A stretch of 63,902 nucleotides of DNA, counting the filler, from Octopus bimaculoides (Eukaryota): NCBI RefSeq assembly GCF_001194135.2. It is 7 parts of 7 records of this genome, joined end to end, with 100 filler letters (N's around TTAATTAATTAA, not from the genome) between each part and the next. Parts side by side here need not be neighbours in the genome. Positions count along the whole stretch, not along the records: positions 26,355 to 56,654 come from NC_068999.1; 6 more parts are not named here. One strand, given 5' to 3'. This document shows positions 35,961 to 48,327 of the stretch, one piece after another. The notes beneath the pieces were generated by a model. The model saw only the letters and a program-made list of their open reading frames with translations, made no database searches and was not told the DNA's origin. Within the stretch, counting starts at the first letter, position 1. Each line of letters opens with the position of its first letter. Made by a program: the position numbers and the translations under genes.

Positions 35961-36229
35961 ATTCAGTGCCTGAAAAGAAGAAGGTTTTCGTGTTCATTTG
36001 ATAGACATGCTACACCTGTTCTCACTTTTGACCTGTCAGCATTTAAACATTCAAGCGTGTTAAGATTGCTGCTCATACTGGGGGTAGGAGTAATTGTTAG
36101 CAGCATTTTAAGTATAAGCATTATGGACATTGTAAAATCCTAAATTTAAGCATTACTGGTGCTGCAGATATAATTAAGTAAATATATAAAGATAGATGAG
36201 AAGAATATAAATATCAATATGCCAATGTT

Positions 36230-37420
36230 AGATTAAGTAGGTGGGCAGCTAGAGTAGTTGCATTTGTCCCGGAAGAGAGAGAGGGAGAGGAAAATTGCAG
36301 GTATGATAGAGGATTACCACCAGTGAGGGAGGGCATTTCCAGTGAGAGAAGAGAGGAACAAACACACACACACAAGAACAAGCATGCGCACGCACACAAA
36401 CAAGAACAAGCAAACATACACACGGGAACAATTACACACGTACAGCCCATTAGCTTTCCATTTCGATATGTCTATGGAAATTACCGAGTAATTTGTTGAC
36501 AAATTTCAAGTCAAAATGAAAGATAGCCACTTAAGTAGGTGGGCAGCTGAACTAGTTGCATTTGTCCCAGAGAGGGAGGGAGGGAGAGGAAGTTGCAGGT
36601 ATGATAGAGGATACCACCAATGAGGGAGGGGGTTTCCGGTGAGAGAGGAAAGATCTGGTAATGATGGTGGGAGAAGAGAGCTATCCGGTATTGGTGGTGG
36701 GAGAAGAGAGATATCCAATACTGGTGGTAGAAGAAGAGAAGGTTAATTTAGAGAGATGGTACAAGCGAGGGTTAATTTAGAGAAATGATACAAAAAATAT
36801 GTGACCAACTTGAGAACACAGGAGTGAAAGAGAGATTTCATTTAGAAAATTACATGAAGAATTAAGGAGAAACAAAGGCTGAGAGAGATTAGGAAGTTAT
36901 ATTGAAGAGTCAATTTAAATAATTAGCTTACGAAAGTAGATATTAGTAAATAATACATATAAAACGTATTAATAGCAAATGAATGAATGAAAAGATCGAA
37001 AAACGAGTTAGCAATGCATGATTGGGTGTCGGAGAACCATCTGTGTTGGAATGTGTTGCGTGAAAAACAGGGAGAGAGCTTGTGAGTAAGGTATTTTATA
37101 GATATGCTGCGACCAGAAGTGAACATTATGGAAGTGCACTTTCTCCCTGGGCTGAAGACAATAGCAGTAACAGTAGCAGAGAATAGCACAAGAAGCCATA
37201 GTGAGTGGGAAGGAATAAGAGAATAGTATGAAAAGTATTTAGCCAATATGAAACACAGAGGGAACAAGCAAGGGTTAATTTAGAGAGATGGTACAAAAAA
37301 TATGTAGCCAACTTGAGAACACAGGAGTGAAGGAGAGATTTCATTTAGAAAATTACATGAAGAATTAAGGGGAAATGAAAGCAGAGAGAGAGAGATTAGG
37401 AAGTTATATATTGAAGTGTC
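36230..37420 (-). repeat. Region with internal direct duplications, possibly decayed Penelope linker/endonuclease
   Basis: 36232-36345 resembles 36532-36645, and 36770-36920 resembles 37270-37420. Penelope origin is only weakly supported. Confidence 0.45.
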
Positions 37421-37849
37421 AATTTAAATTATTATTATGGTTTGAAATTGACTAAAGTCATTTAAAAAATATTTAAAGTATTTAAACTGTCTGCTTTGTA
37501 TGGATTTTATGGCTCAATACCCTTTCTAATGCCAACCACTTCACAGTGTATTTGGTGCTTTTTTTTCATGGCAATGACACTAGTGAGGTCAGCAAGTAAC
37601 TCTCAAGGTAAGACCCCTCACTGAGTGGAAGTATAGTACTGAGGGAGTTGGGTTTATGCTAGGTATTGAGGAGTTAAAGTACAACAGGAATAGATGTCTT
37701 GTTGGAGACACTGCTCCCCAGCTGGAAAGAAAGAGATGGTGAGGGTCTTCTCTCAAGGTTGCAAGGTAAATATAAAAGAAAGAATGGGGATAGAGGATCA
37801 TAAAGGATAAGTGAGTGTGAAAGGAATTTAAAAGATAGTCATGTTTTTA

Positions 37850-38120
37850 TTTTTGCCTTGCAAAGCAATATTTAATTCATTTAGTTTTGTTGTAATATCT
37901 GTTAAGAATGCTAATTTTTCAAAGTCATTCCTTGACTTTAAGACTTGATTTGTTTTCTGTCATTAAGGAAGTATTTGATAAGTGGTAACAACTTTTAAAT
38001 CTATCAAGAAGTGGTCCTTTTCTCAACTACTTCACTTTATCATGATGCACTAAAATCTGCATAATATGCATCAACTTCTAAAAGACATTGAAATAATTTT
38101 CTTGAATTTATGGTTACTGA
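37850..38120 (-). mobile_element. hAT (SPIN/GTF2IRD2-like) transposase remnant
   Basis: EVDAYYADF...(EV)..LRKGPLLDRF...KLAFLTDI resembles the motif EY.DL..H.EVRWLS.G..L.RF...W...LAFL.DI. Confidence 0.5.
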
Positions 38121-38447
38121 CAAACTTCATTCAACATTTTTCCCATGTTTTTTTTTTTATCTCCAATCATAGTGTTAATGACATGTATGGTAATTGATAT
38201 AAGTTTTTATTAGTAAATTTTCTAATATTACAGTTCTTTCTTTCATAGAAATAAACTGAGTTCTTCCTCCTTTAATATAAGATTCAGGAAAAACTTGAAA
38301 GTATGCTCAGTTGTTTCATGTCATAGGCATCAAATCATTCATCTGCTATATTTTAAACATACCTTGTCACATATTGTCTGCATATTTTGGTTAGCAGTGA
38401 TTGTAATTAGATGATTAGCACATTTTATTGATAAAATGTCAAATATA

Positions 38448-39731
38448 CAGGGTGCGGTGAATAAATTGTCTAAATTAGGCAAAAATGAAAATAAAACTGA
38501 CATCTTCATTTTAACAGATATATTTCCCAAAATTACATAAAAATATCTTGAAATACTAAGGTGTAAATTTATTCAATAAAATCGCCGTTGGCTTCAACCA
38601 CAGCCTCCAGATGACTTTGGAATCTCTTACAACTCTTCTGGATGGTCTCTTTGTTTAAGTTGGTAAATGCTGCCATAAACATTGCCTTCAGATCATCTTT
38701 GGTGTTAAAAGGAGTTTTGTTGGTCTTTTGCTTAACTGCGCTTCACACATAATAATCAAGAGAGTTGCAGTCTGGAGAGTTAGGTGACCAGATGTTAGGG
38801 TTGGTGTGGTCGCAGAAATTATCTGATAGCCATGTCTGGGTTCTCCTGCTTGTGTGGCATGGTGCAGAGTCCTGTTGACAGACATAGAGACTTCCAGCAG
38901 CCACCCTCTTAACCCAGGGCAGCACTACCTGCTCCAGACACTTGATGAAGGCCTCCAATGTTGAGTCTGAGGTCATGTGGGAAGATGAATGGAGGCATAA
39001 CATCACCATCACAAGTGATCACTCTGAACACCATGATGTTGACTGGATGTTTGATTTTTATCACTCTTGGTACATGTTTTGGGGACACAGCAAGCCAACA
39101 GTTATTCTGTGTGTTCACCTGACAGAAATTTTTCTTGTGAGAAAAACCAAAGCATGTTCGGTTGGAGGAGATGCTTGAGTTTGTTCAAAAGCCTCATTGT
39201 ATGGTCTTTCCTCTTGTCCTTGAAGGCTTGAGATAAAAATTGGCCCTTTCTCATCTTGTATGAGGAATACTGAATGTCTTCATGCACTACCTGTCTGATA
39301 AGAAACTCAGACACTCATGTCCCTAGCGATGGACCTGATTGACTTGGAGGGATCGTTGTCAATCATGGCCTGGATCTCACCAACAAATTCAGGAGTTTTT
39401 TTCTTATCAGAATGATCAAAGCAAGTTTCCCGAGCTGCTGTACCTTTGTAATCACCATTGGACTCATCCAACTCTTTCCAGATCCTCTACACTGTCCTCA
39501 TATTGACATCCAAACACTCTGAAATGTTTGTATTAGAGCTTCCGGTGTGAATGCCAAGCAGTACAACATGTTGTTTTCAAATTTCTGGCAGAGTGAATTG
39601 TGTTATGGTGCTGTTTTTCTCACAGATGGTGTCCAACTGCCCCTACTATACTGTGTAGTTGACAAAATCAAAAACAAACAATGTGCAAAATTAAAAATAT
39701 AAAATGGCAACAATTTACCCGTCGCACCCTG
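38448..39731 (-). mobile_element. Tc1/mariner DD37D (maT-type) transposon with both ends, ORF disrupted
   Basis: TIRs CAGGGTGCG...AAATTG with TA on both sides. QQDSAPCHT...SPDCNSLDY has 37 residues between the second and third catalytic D. Confidence 0.92.
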
Positions 39732-40389
39732 TACAATTGGTAAATGATTGTTTGAGAGAAGCCTAAGAAAACAAAACTGAATGAAAATAACCAACTAAAA
39801 TTTAGCTGATTATTTTAATTCAGTGGTAAATATCACCCATTTAAGAAATGTTGCTTGTACTTAAAAGAAATTAGTATATATATATATATGTACATAGCAA
39901 CAAAGTTACCTAATATTATAATCTATCACCACCACCATCATTCTGACAGGATCTGATGGGGTCAAAGATTGCTTCATGCCCCAGTGTCTGCTGTGGCATG
40001 CTTTGCCATAAAAATAGCTGAATGCCAACCACTTTACAATGTGTACTGGGTGCCACCAGTACTGCTGAGGTTTCCATGCAGCTTGCAGATATATATGTAT
40101 CTTGCAGTGGATATATATGTGTGTATATATATATACAAATAAGAAAAGAAATGGAGTAACAATTAACAATTCGAAGTTGATCATTGATATTAAAAGGTCA
40201 TAGTTTAATTGTAGTTCAAGAACATTTACAGCTGTTTCAGTTTGTTGTTTCGAAGTAAATTTGCATTTATTTCGTTCCATTTAACAAATATTGTCAGAAT
40301 GATTTAGAGTTTATCAGAGGAATATAGATAGGAGAAAAAGGGAAATGAAAAGAAAAGCGAAAAAGTTTGTTAAGTCTCTAGGCTTACAT

Positions 40390-41290
40390 TTTCGTGCTAC
40401 GAAAAAACAAAAATATTAAAAATAACAAGCGGAATAAAGATAACATTTGGTTAATAAAACCCTTTGTAATGTAACTAAACACCAATACAGTTAAATCTCT
40501 AATGAAACTTATAAATAAGCACTTCAATATGAATGCAAAATACTCAAAAATCTTTAGCAATAAAATTAGAGTAGGCCATAGCCTAACTAGCAACCTAGCT
40601 ACTATTATGGCATCTATCAACAACAAAAAGCTAGGTGCCTTCTATGAAACCAGGAAGAATAGCAATAAAAAGCACAACAACCAATTGAGCAATATAATAA
40701 GTGATCTCCCAAATAACTCACCCTCTAAAAATTCGGACAACCACCTTATAAATGATAATCCCCCCCCCCCCCACACACCATATCATAGGCACAGCTAATC
40801 TTACTAATTTATTTGGTTGCAGAGATAAAAATACTTGTGAATTCTTGAATAAATGTAAAACTAAAATTGTAATCTACCAAGTGTTGTATTCTTCAATAAT
40901 TACAAGAAAACTTATATAGGAGCAACTAAAAATGAAATGAAACTTAGATATGATTCCCATCGCTCAAGTTTCAGAAATAGAAGTAAGGCTAACTCTACCG
41001 GATTAAGTAGTTACATCTGGGAACTGAAAGACAATAACATTAATTATAGATTAGAATGGCATATCCTAGCCAAAACATCTTCATATAACCTTAAAAATAA
41101 TTGCTGTAATGTATTCATAAATGAGAAATCCTTCATTTTAATGGCCAAATCAGAATTATTTAATAAACGAGATGAGAAAAATAGAACATGTTTACATAAA
41201 GATAAATTCTTATTCTCTAAATACTGCCAATACTTACATTACAAGTTATTAGCTGATCTGCTTAACATCTGATTACCTCCCCTAACCCTC
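40390..41290 (+). mobile_element. Naiad-type Penelope 3' half (linker plus GIY-YIG)
   Basis: MKLINKHF...KIFS...; TYIGATKNEMKLRYDSHRSSF...LSSYIWELKD...WHIL...EK...NKRDE..CLHKDKF. Confidence 0.85.
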
Positions 41291-41382
41291 ACCCTTACCA
41301 CAGAGCATAATTTAGCATCACATCACAATTAAATTAAATTAATCCGATTAACTAAATTATCCATCTTAAATCTACGTGTGTA

Positions 41383-41389
<7 letters not shown>

Positions 41390-41413
<24 letters not shown>

Positions 41414-41980
41414 NNNNNNNNNNTATATATATGTGCATGTGAACACGACAATATATACACACACACACATGCAACATGCATAGACACAACTTTCACCCAC
41501 AAACATACACTATACACATGCACACTATATGGTCACAGACACATACACATGTACACACACCACCTGAACAGGCACACATCAACTGCTAAACAAAGGATTT
41601 GCACATTCATGCATGCGCACACACACACACTTTAGCTTCACACATATACACACGTCCATACACATATTCACGTGTCCATGTGCATGCACACACACAAGTA
41701 CACAAAACACACATCATTCCACACAATACATGCACTAGGTTACTTGTACACACACACACACCCAGGCCAATGTGTTTGCACTCACACATGATAACTGCAC
41801 ACATACACTTATCCATACACACACACATACATACCAGTACAAGTAATGCATATCACTCTACAATGTATGCACTGGGTCACTAACACACATACACACACAC
41901 AGATCCACATATTTTTCAGCTCGCCCACACATACATACTCACCCCCCCCATTCATGCATACATACCGTTCTCACATATGC
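41390..41980. repeat. Degenerate (CA/TA)n low-complexity tract
   Basis: Direct inspection. Confidence 0.85.
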
Positions 41981-41994
41981 ATGCACAAGAGCAA

Positions 41995-43430
41995 ATTTGT
42001 TTGACCAGGTCACCGTCATTATCTCTCTTTCATTCAACCTCTTTCTTCTGGCTACGTGGATATCCCCTCACCACTATCCACACCGCCCTTGCCAGAGCAT
42101 TTTCCATGGACCGTGCATCTACTCTCTCTCCCCCTGCACCTGCCCTGCCATCTCTCATCACCTACCACCCTCCGCCCTACCATTCTCCAAGCCTTCGGGC
42201 GACTCCAGTCCGACCCCTCCACTTTGCACATCTTCCCTAACCGACCCCTCCCATCCTTCAAACAAGCCTACAACCTACGAGACCTCTTGGTCCACAGCTT
42301 CTTCCCTAACCCAACCTCCCAATCCTGCTCATTCCCCTGCTTCCGCCCATGCTGCTGCACTTGCCCTTACCTCNNNNNNNNNNTACGAGACCTCTTGGTC
42401 CACAGCTTCTTCCCTAACCCAACCTCCCAATCCTGCTCATTCCCCTGCTTCCGCCCATGCTGCTGCACTTGCCCTTACCTCTCCAACACCACCCTCCTCA
42501 CTGGCACCCATCATCGACCCTATCATATCACTGACTCCTTTACCTGCACTTCTAGCAATGTCATCTCCTGGGCTTTCTGCTCTTCTCTATACATCAGGCA
42601 AACGGGACGTTGCTTGGCTGACTGGTTTGCGGAATACTTCCGTGACATCCGACTCGGCAATGACACCCCGGTATCACGTCATTTCCGCTCTACCGGTCAC
42701 TCTTTGCAACACCTGTCTGTGTTCGGATTGTCCTTGCACAGGGGCCATCTGGACTCCCGTCTTCACTGTGAACAGGGATTAATCTTCTCTCTTCGCTCCT
42801 TTATGCCACATGGGCTCAACTCTTCTCCCCTCTTCATCTAACCTCCTCCCCTCTCCTCTCTTCCTTTCACACCTACTTTCTCCCATCCACCTCTCCTCTC
42901 TNNNNNNNNNNNNNNNNNNNNNNNNNNNNNNNNNNNNNNNNNNNNNNNNNNNNNNNNNNNNNNNNNNNNNNNNNNNNNNNNNNNNNNNNNNNNNNNNNNN
43001 NNNNNNNNNNNNNNNNNNNNNNNNNNNNNNNNNNNNNNNNNNNNNNNNNNNNNNNNNNNNNNNNNNNNCTCAATATCGCCTCCCCCACATCCCAACACCA
43101 CCACAACATCACATCACACCACCATGCACACACTAGCACTGACCACTTCCCAGCACCCACTCCATCATCCACACACCTACACATGCACACATCATGGTCA
43201 CCAGCCCTCTTCCACACGCACATAAATGCTCTCTTATACACTCGCACGTTCACCTTCGTTTTGGGGGTCACCATTACTTTATTATCTGCCCTTCTTCCAG
43301 CTCGCCTGTGTGACCCCTCTGTCCAGCATTTGCCATGATAGATCGCTAGCCACTACACATTCTTTATTTTCTCTCTCTGTTTCTTTCTGTGGAAGAGCGT
43401 AGGCTCAAAATGTTAAAGACTTTTTCACTT
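41995..43430 (+). mobile_element. Penelope 3' fragment (thumb, Zn knuckle, GIY-YIG) plus pLTR
   Basis: LRGYP...LITYHP...FKQAYNLRDLLVHS...CFRPCCCTCP...FTCTSSNVI...YIRQTGRCLAD...TPVSRHF..TGH...PHGLN. Confidence 0.88.
43381..43420 (+). ncRNA. Degenerate minimal hammerhead in a Penelope pLTR
   Basis: TCTTT-CTGTGGA-A-GAGC-GTAG-GCTC-AAAA-TGT-T-AAAGA. Core is mutated, partly consistent with CpG decay of CGAAACG. Confidence 0.45.
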
Positions 43431-43899
43431 TCTGAGTGTTAAACTAACACGTTTGTTGTCTACACCACCTGCCTTTGTTTTTTTTTTGTTTTTTTGTGAA
43501 TTCTTCCCCCCCCCCCCATATATAAATATATATGTGTATGTATTTCTTAGAAATGAAGGAAATCGCAAATGTAGGAGAATAGCTGTGAAAAAAGATTTAG
43601 AAAATCAGATTAAAATATTCCTTTTGAGGGAAAAAAGTGGTGAGCAGCCACTACAGAGAATCAAACTGTGTACCTCTCAAATTCCATCTGAGCTAAACAA
43701 CACCTGACATCAAATATCATCTTTTATAATATTAAACGATAGCTTTTAGAATGTGGTGTATATAGATAGATTAAAATTTAAAAACTGGGAAAGCAAAGCA
43801 TTTGGCATCACTCATAAAAACATTTAATATAAACAGATAGTCTCTTACAGCTGTTTCTAGAATAACTGAGCATGTGGTCATGATATTTAGTAAGGATTC

Positions 43900-44480
43900 G
43901 ATAAGCTAAGTATTCCATCATCGGAAAAATGTAAAATTGAAGAAATTTCTCCAATCGAGTATATTAGTACTTTCCAGTTTGTCAAAGATGAAGGAGGGAT
44001 CAGAGTGAAATATATATACATTAAGTAGTTCCTTGATTGAATAAAGTTATAGGTATGGTCCATTCGCAATTCCAAAGGAGAATGTTTGATGATAATGCAT
44101 GGCAGAAGATAATGGAAGTTACCAGTTCCATTTTTGAATAGAGAATAAATTAGGCAAGTAATAATATACTACAGTGTGAAGGGAAGACAGAATGGTAAAT
44201 GCACTAAAGTAGATATGTACTAGTCTGTAAAGTGATGGCATATTTGTGGGAAGAGTTTAGGGGATGTATACACAGTTAGAAAGATAAGGGATGAGGAATA
44301 GCAGATGTCAAGTACTTTCATCCTGTGACTGACACCAGTGTTGGGAGGTGGGGGGTGGTTTAGGATGGTAATAAAGTGATCATAAATGATAATGAAGATC
44401 TCGAATTATAACCCCAACTAAACTGATACAACTAGAGGCAATGGGAGATTTAGGGCTTGCCTGGTTATAATGGTGCTAGA
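43900..44480 (-). mobile_element. Highly decayed Penelope RT remnant
   Basis: PGKP*ISHC (like PGRPIVS), QGTT (like Q..GTAMG) and HFSDDG (like RYIDD) fragments in different frames. Confidence 0.35.
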
Positions 44481-44924
44481 AATAGATGCCCATAATAGTA
44501 ATTAAATCTTAAACATTTATAGTCTTAATGAAAATGTATGCTCATTGAGAATAGATGAATAAGAAATAAAAATTTTAAATACAAAATAAAAAAAATACAT
44601 GAAAGATATTTTTTTATTAAGTTCTAGCAGAGTGGAATTATAGGGCACAGGGATGAAGCAAATATAGTAATGATGGACCATAGAAGTCATAAGTAAATCA
44701 TCAAAAATAATCTGGTAAGTTTAATTATATAATTAGTGTATAATTTCTTAACCATGAGAAGAGAAGGCCTAGTGGTGTTCTATCAACAATAGCGTTGTAA
44801 CTGAATGGGATCTATTCAATTTGACATACCGATTTTTAAAATTAATTTTTTTGTAACTAAACACTTTGAAACTTTGGATACTGGTAGAATGTGTCTTGTA
44901 GAACAGGGTTTACTCTTAACTCCT

Positions 44925-45350
44925 ACACCAAACAGGTCCAAGTGCAATTTTAAAATTCAGGATAAATGTCTGTTAAAAGTTCACTGCAAGAGGTTAAATA
45001 TAGCTTATAAGTGCTTGGGCCTTAATAAACTCCACCAAGATTTATATTGGAGTTGCCATCAATTTTAAGAAAGATACCCTGTGCATTTAAACTTGTTTAA
45101 ACAGGAAAAACATAGTAGATCTACTTCTCTCACAGAGCACATACACTACCTTATGAAAAAGAATGTACCATATAATATAGTTTAGTCCATCATCGATTCA
45201 GGTCCTTCACACCAAGACCAAAATGTCTCAGTTATGTTTGAGGGAATATATACCAATCTTTTCACATAGCCCCAGACAATTATTAAACACACCACATGAA
45301 GCCTTTTCTATATGTATACAGAAATTTTTTAAATCATTTAAATTTACAAG
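44925..45350 (+). mobile_element. Naiad-type GIY-YIG 3' fragment
   Basis: IYIGVAINFKK...STSLTEHIHYLMKKNVPYNIV*SII...LCLREYI...LLNT.HE. Confidence 0.7.
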
Positions 45351-45451
45351 TCTAATCGGTAAAACAACTATCTCTGATTTTCACTGATATATAGTTTAGA
45401 CATCATATGAGCTCACTTAATTAAATTAGCATACTTATATTATCACCATTT

Positions 45452-45860
45452 AAGGTGGCGAGCTGGCAGAAATGTTAGCACTCCAGGTGAAATGCTTAGT
45501 GGTATTTCGTCTGCTGCTACGATCTGAGTTCAAATTCCGCCGAGGTCAACTTTGCCTTTCATCCTTTCAGGGTCAATTAAATAAGTACCAGTTACGCACT
45601 GGGGTCGATATAATCGACTTAATCCGTTTGTCTATCCTTGTTTGTCCCCTCTGTGTTTAGCCTCTTGTGGGTAATAAAGAAATAAGAAACGTTAGCATGC
45701 TGGGCGAAATGCTTAGCACTATTTCATCTGTCGTTACATTCTGAGTTCAAATTCCGCTGAGGTCGACTTTGCTTTTCATCCTTTCAGGGTCAATTAAATA
45801 AGTACCAGTTACACACTGGGGTTGATGTAATAGACTTAATCCCTTTGTCTGTCCTGAAAA
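45452..45860 (+). mobile_element. Two tandem tRNA-type SINE copies
   Basis: GGCGAGCTGGCAGAA.GTTAGC...TGAGTTCAAATTCCGC head (B-box-like) repeated at about 45686. Confidence 0.85.
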
Positions 45861-46379
45861 TCGCCCAATTTCCCAAACCAACGCCAGCAAAAACATAACC
45901 TCCTTGGCGAGGGTAAAAAAAAAAATAACACAGCCATATAATCTTAAGAAAAAAAAATCCTTTAAAAACAAGAATCATCTGAAGCAGTTCACAACCACCA
46001 ACATCATCAGCAGCTTTGTCATTGCTTCCGCTTCAACCACATACACCGCCATCAATGTCACTTTCACCACCTCAACCGGTATAACCACTGCAGTACCACC
46101 ATCACACAACTAACACTATCATCAACACCACTATTACCACCATCACCTCAGCATCATACATCACACCACTCCTGTCGCCATTATAACCACTGATACTATT
46201 TTATCTTCCTCCCATACTTTTCTCGACCATCGTCATCATCAACACTGTCTCTAAACAGCAACGCCACCATAGGTTACGTGGAGACAATGTTTTCAGGGGA
46301 GATAATCAAAGAACGTTACATTGTAATACTTCATGTAAAGTAAATATAACAAATGAAAAGTCCTTCAAGAATCTATAAA

Positions 46380-46545
46380 AATTCTAGGACCACTACCAAA
46401 ATTTCATCATCTATTCCTTGTGTCATTACCAACTTTTCCTGCAAGTTTCATCAAATACCGTTCACAACTTTTTGAGTTATTTTGCACACAGACAGACAAA
46501 CCAACTCCAATGAAAACATAACCTCCTTCCTTGGCAGAGGTAATC
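46380..46545 (+). mobile_element. HINE/Helentron-like 3' end
   Basis: Terminal hairpin AACATAACCTCCTT..GGCAGAGGTAAT, with a second copy at 45890-45915. Confidence 0.45.
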
Positions 46546-47109
46546 AAAATAAGCAACAAGGATATCCAGAGGTAATGCAGTATGATCGTTTCAAGCAACT
46601 CCATTTAATTGAACAATGCAACCATTACATCAATCAAAGGCAGAGCAATCCTCAGCTGCATAAAGACATAGAATTTAATTAAATTAAAACAGATGGACAC
46701 ATTGTTATAACTTTACCTAAAATCTCCAAGAAGGTAAGGAGATAGACAAAGAACATACTGCCTTCACTTCAGCTTAGAAGCTACTAAGGTACCAGGAAGA
46801 AAGACTTGTTACAGATTTTGCTTGTCACTGTTTTATGGGGTCAGTTTTAATTTATAGACTAGTTTTATCAAATCTTTGTATATCTAAGGCCTGAGAGAAC
46901 AAGGAGCAGTGTCTATTAGGAATAGGGCTGAGGGAGTCAACAGAAATCAGTGTGGGTATAGTCATAAAAAAAATATCAAGATTTATCAGAAGCAATATCA
47001 TGAGATTTGATAAAGGAAAACTTAAATCAAGATGTTAGCTGACAATTAAGGGGGCCGGCCACTAGCAGACCATTGATAATGAAACTGGAAATCTTATGTA
47101 GTACTATAG

Positions 47110-48265
47110 TTAAATATTTTAAACAATATTGCCATATTATATAAAGTTAAAATTTAGGGTTATTCAGAAGATTATTAAGAAGAATATTATAACAAAAGGA
47201 TGAAAAGTTTTTTGAATACTTTTGAGTATATACCAAACTTTTACCACAATAGAGGGAGGAAAAGAAATTATCCAGAAAATAGTTTAATATCTATACATAT
47301 TTTATACTTAAATACTAACTTATCAGATGGTATCTGTGAATATTGATCAATTCGTATATGCTGGTATTTAATAAAGGAGTACTGAGGTAAAGGAACATGC
47401 TAACTATATATTAATTAAATTATAATCTAATTTATATAATTAAGATAAGCAGTTTATTTTAAGTAGTGAATATACCAGTACTGTTTTATGTAAGCTAAGT
47501 ATGAATTTATAGAGGTACAAAAATTAGATTTATTTTATAAACAAAGGCTATTCTAAAATAATAAAAACTAAAATAATCAGGTAGGGCAGAATATCATAGA
47601 AAAAGAATAAAATTGCTTAATCACTAAAAACATGATAAAGTATATATACCTTATTAACATCAGTAGAGAAGATTTATAGAAAATGTATAATAATTCAAAG
47701 TATACTAAACTAAAAATTATGTATTTACTTATTTAGCTAGTATCAATAAAGACTAATACCTGGTATTAGCTAAAGGAATATTGATGTTACATTCTAATTC
47801 TATACTAATTTTTAAAACTAAAGGTTATATTATAGGTTTTAGAAATTATTATTGTTACTCCATACATGATATTTATAGTTTCTTAGGGGTACTTAATTAG
47901 AAGGGCTACTTATATAAAGGTCCTTATAAATACTAAGATCAGGAGGGTAGAGCACTTTAAGAAAGGGATAAATCAAGTAATTTCTAAAGATCATTTCAAA
48001 CAATATTGCCATATTGTATAAAGTTGAAATTTAGGGTAGTCAAGAAGATTATTAAGAATGATATTATAACAAAAGGATAAATCTTCTTTGAATACTTTTG
48101 AGTATATACCAAATTTTACCACAATAGAGGGAGGAAAAGAAAATTACATAAAAATAGTTAAACATTTATACTTATTATTTATCTAAATATTAACTTATTA
48201 CATGGTATCTATGGAGATTGATCAACTGGATTTTACTGGTATTTAATAAAGGAGCACTGAGGCGA
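47110..48265 (-). repeat. About 280-bp direct repeats 885 bp apart, probable Penelope pLTR pair
   Basis: AACAATATTGCCATATT.TATAAAGTT block at about 47112 and 47999. Confidence 0.6.
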
Positions 48266-48327
48266 AAGAACATAAATATATATATATATATACATACACA
48301 CACACACACATTAATAATAGGTAGAAG

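Noticed and set aside
42276-42481. Exact 98-bp duplication inside the Penelope ORF
   Set aside because: It straddles a 10-N gap; assembly overlap artefact.
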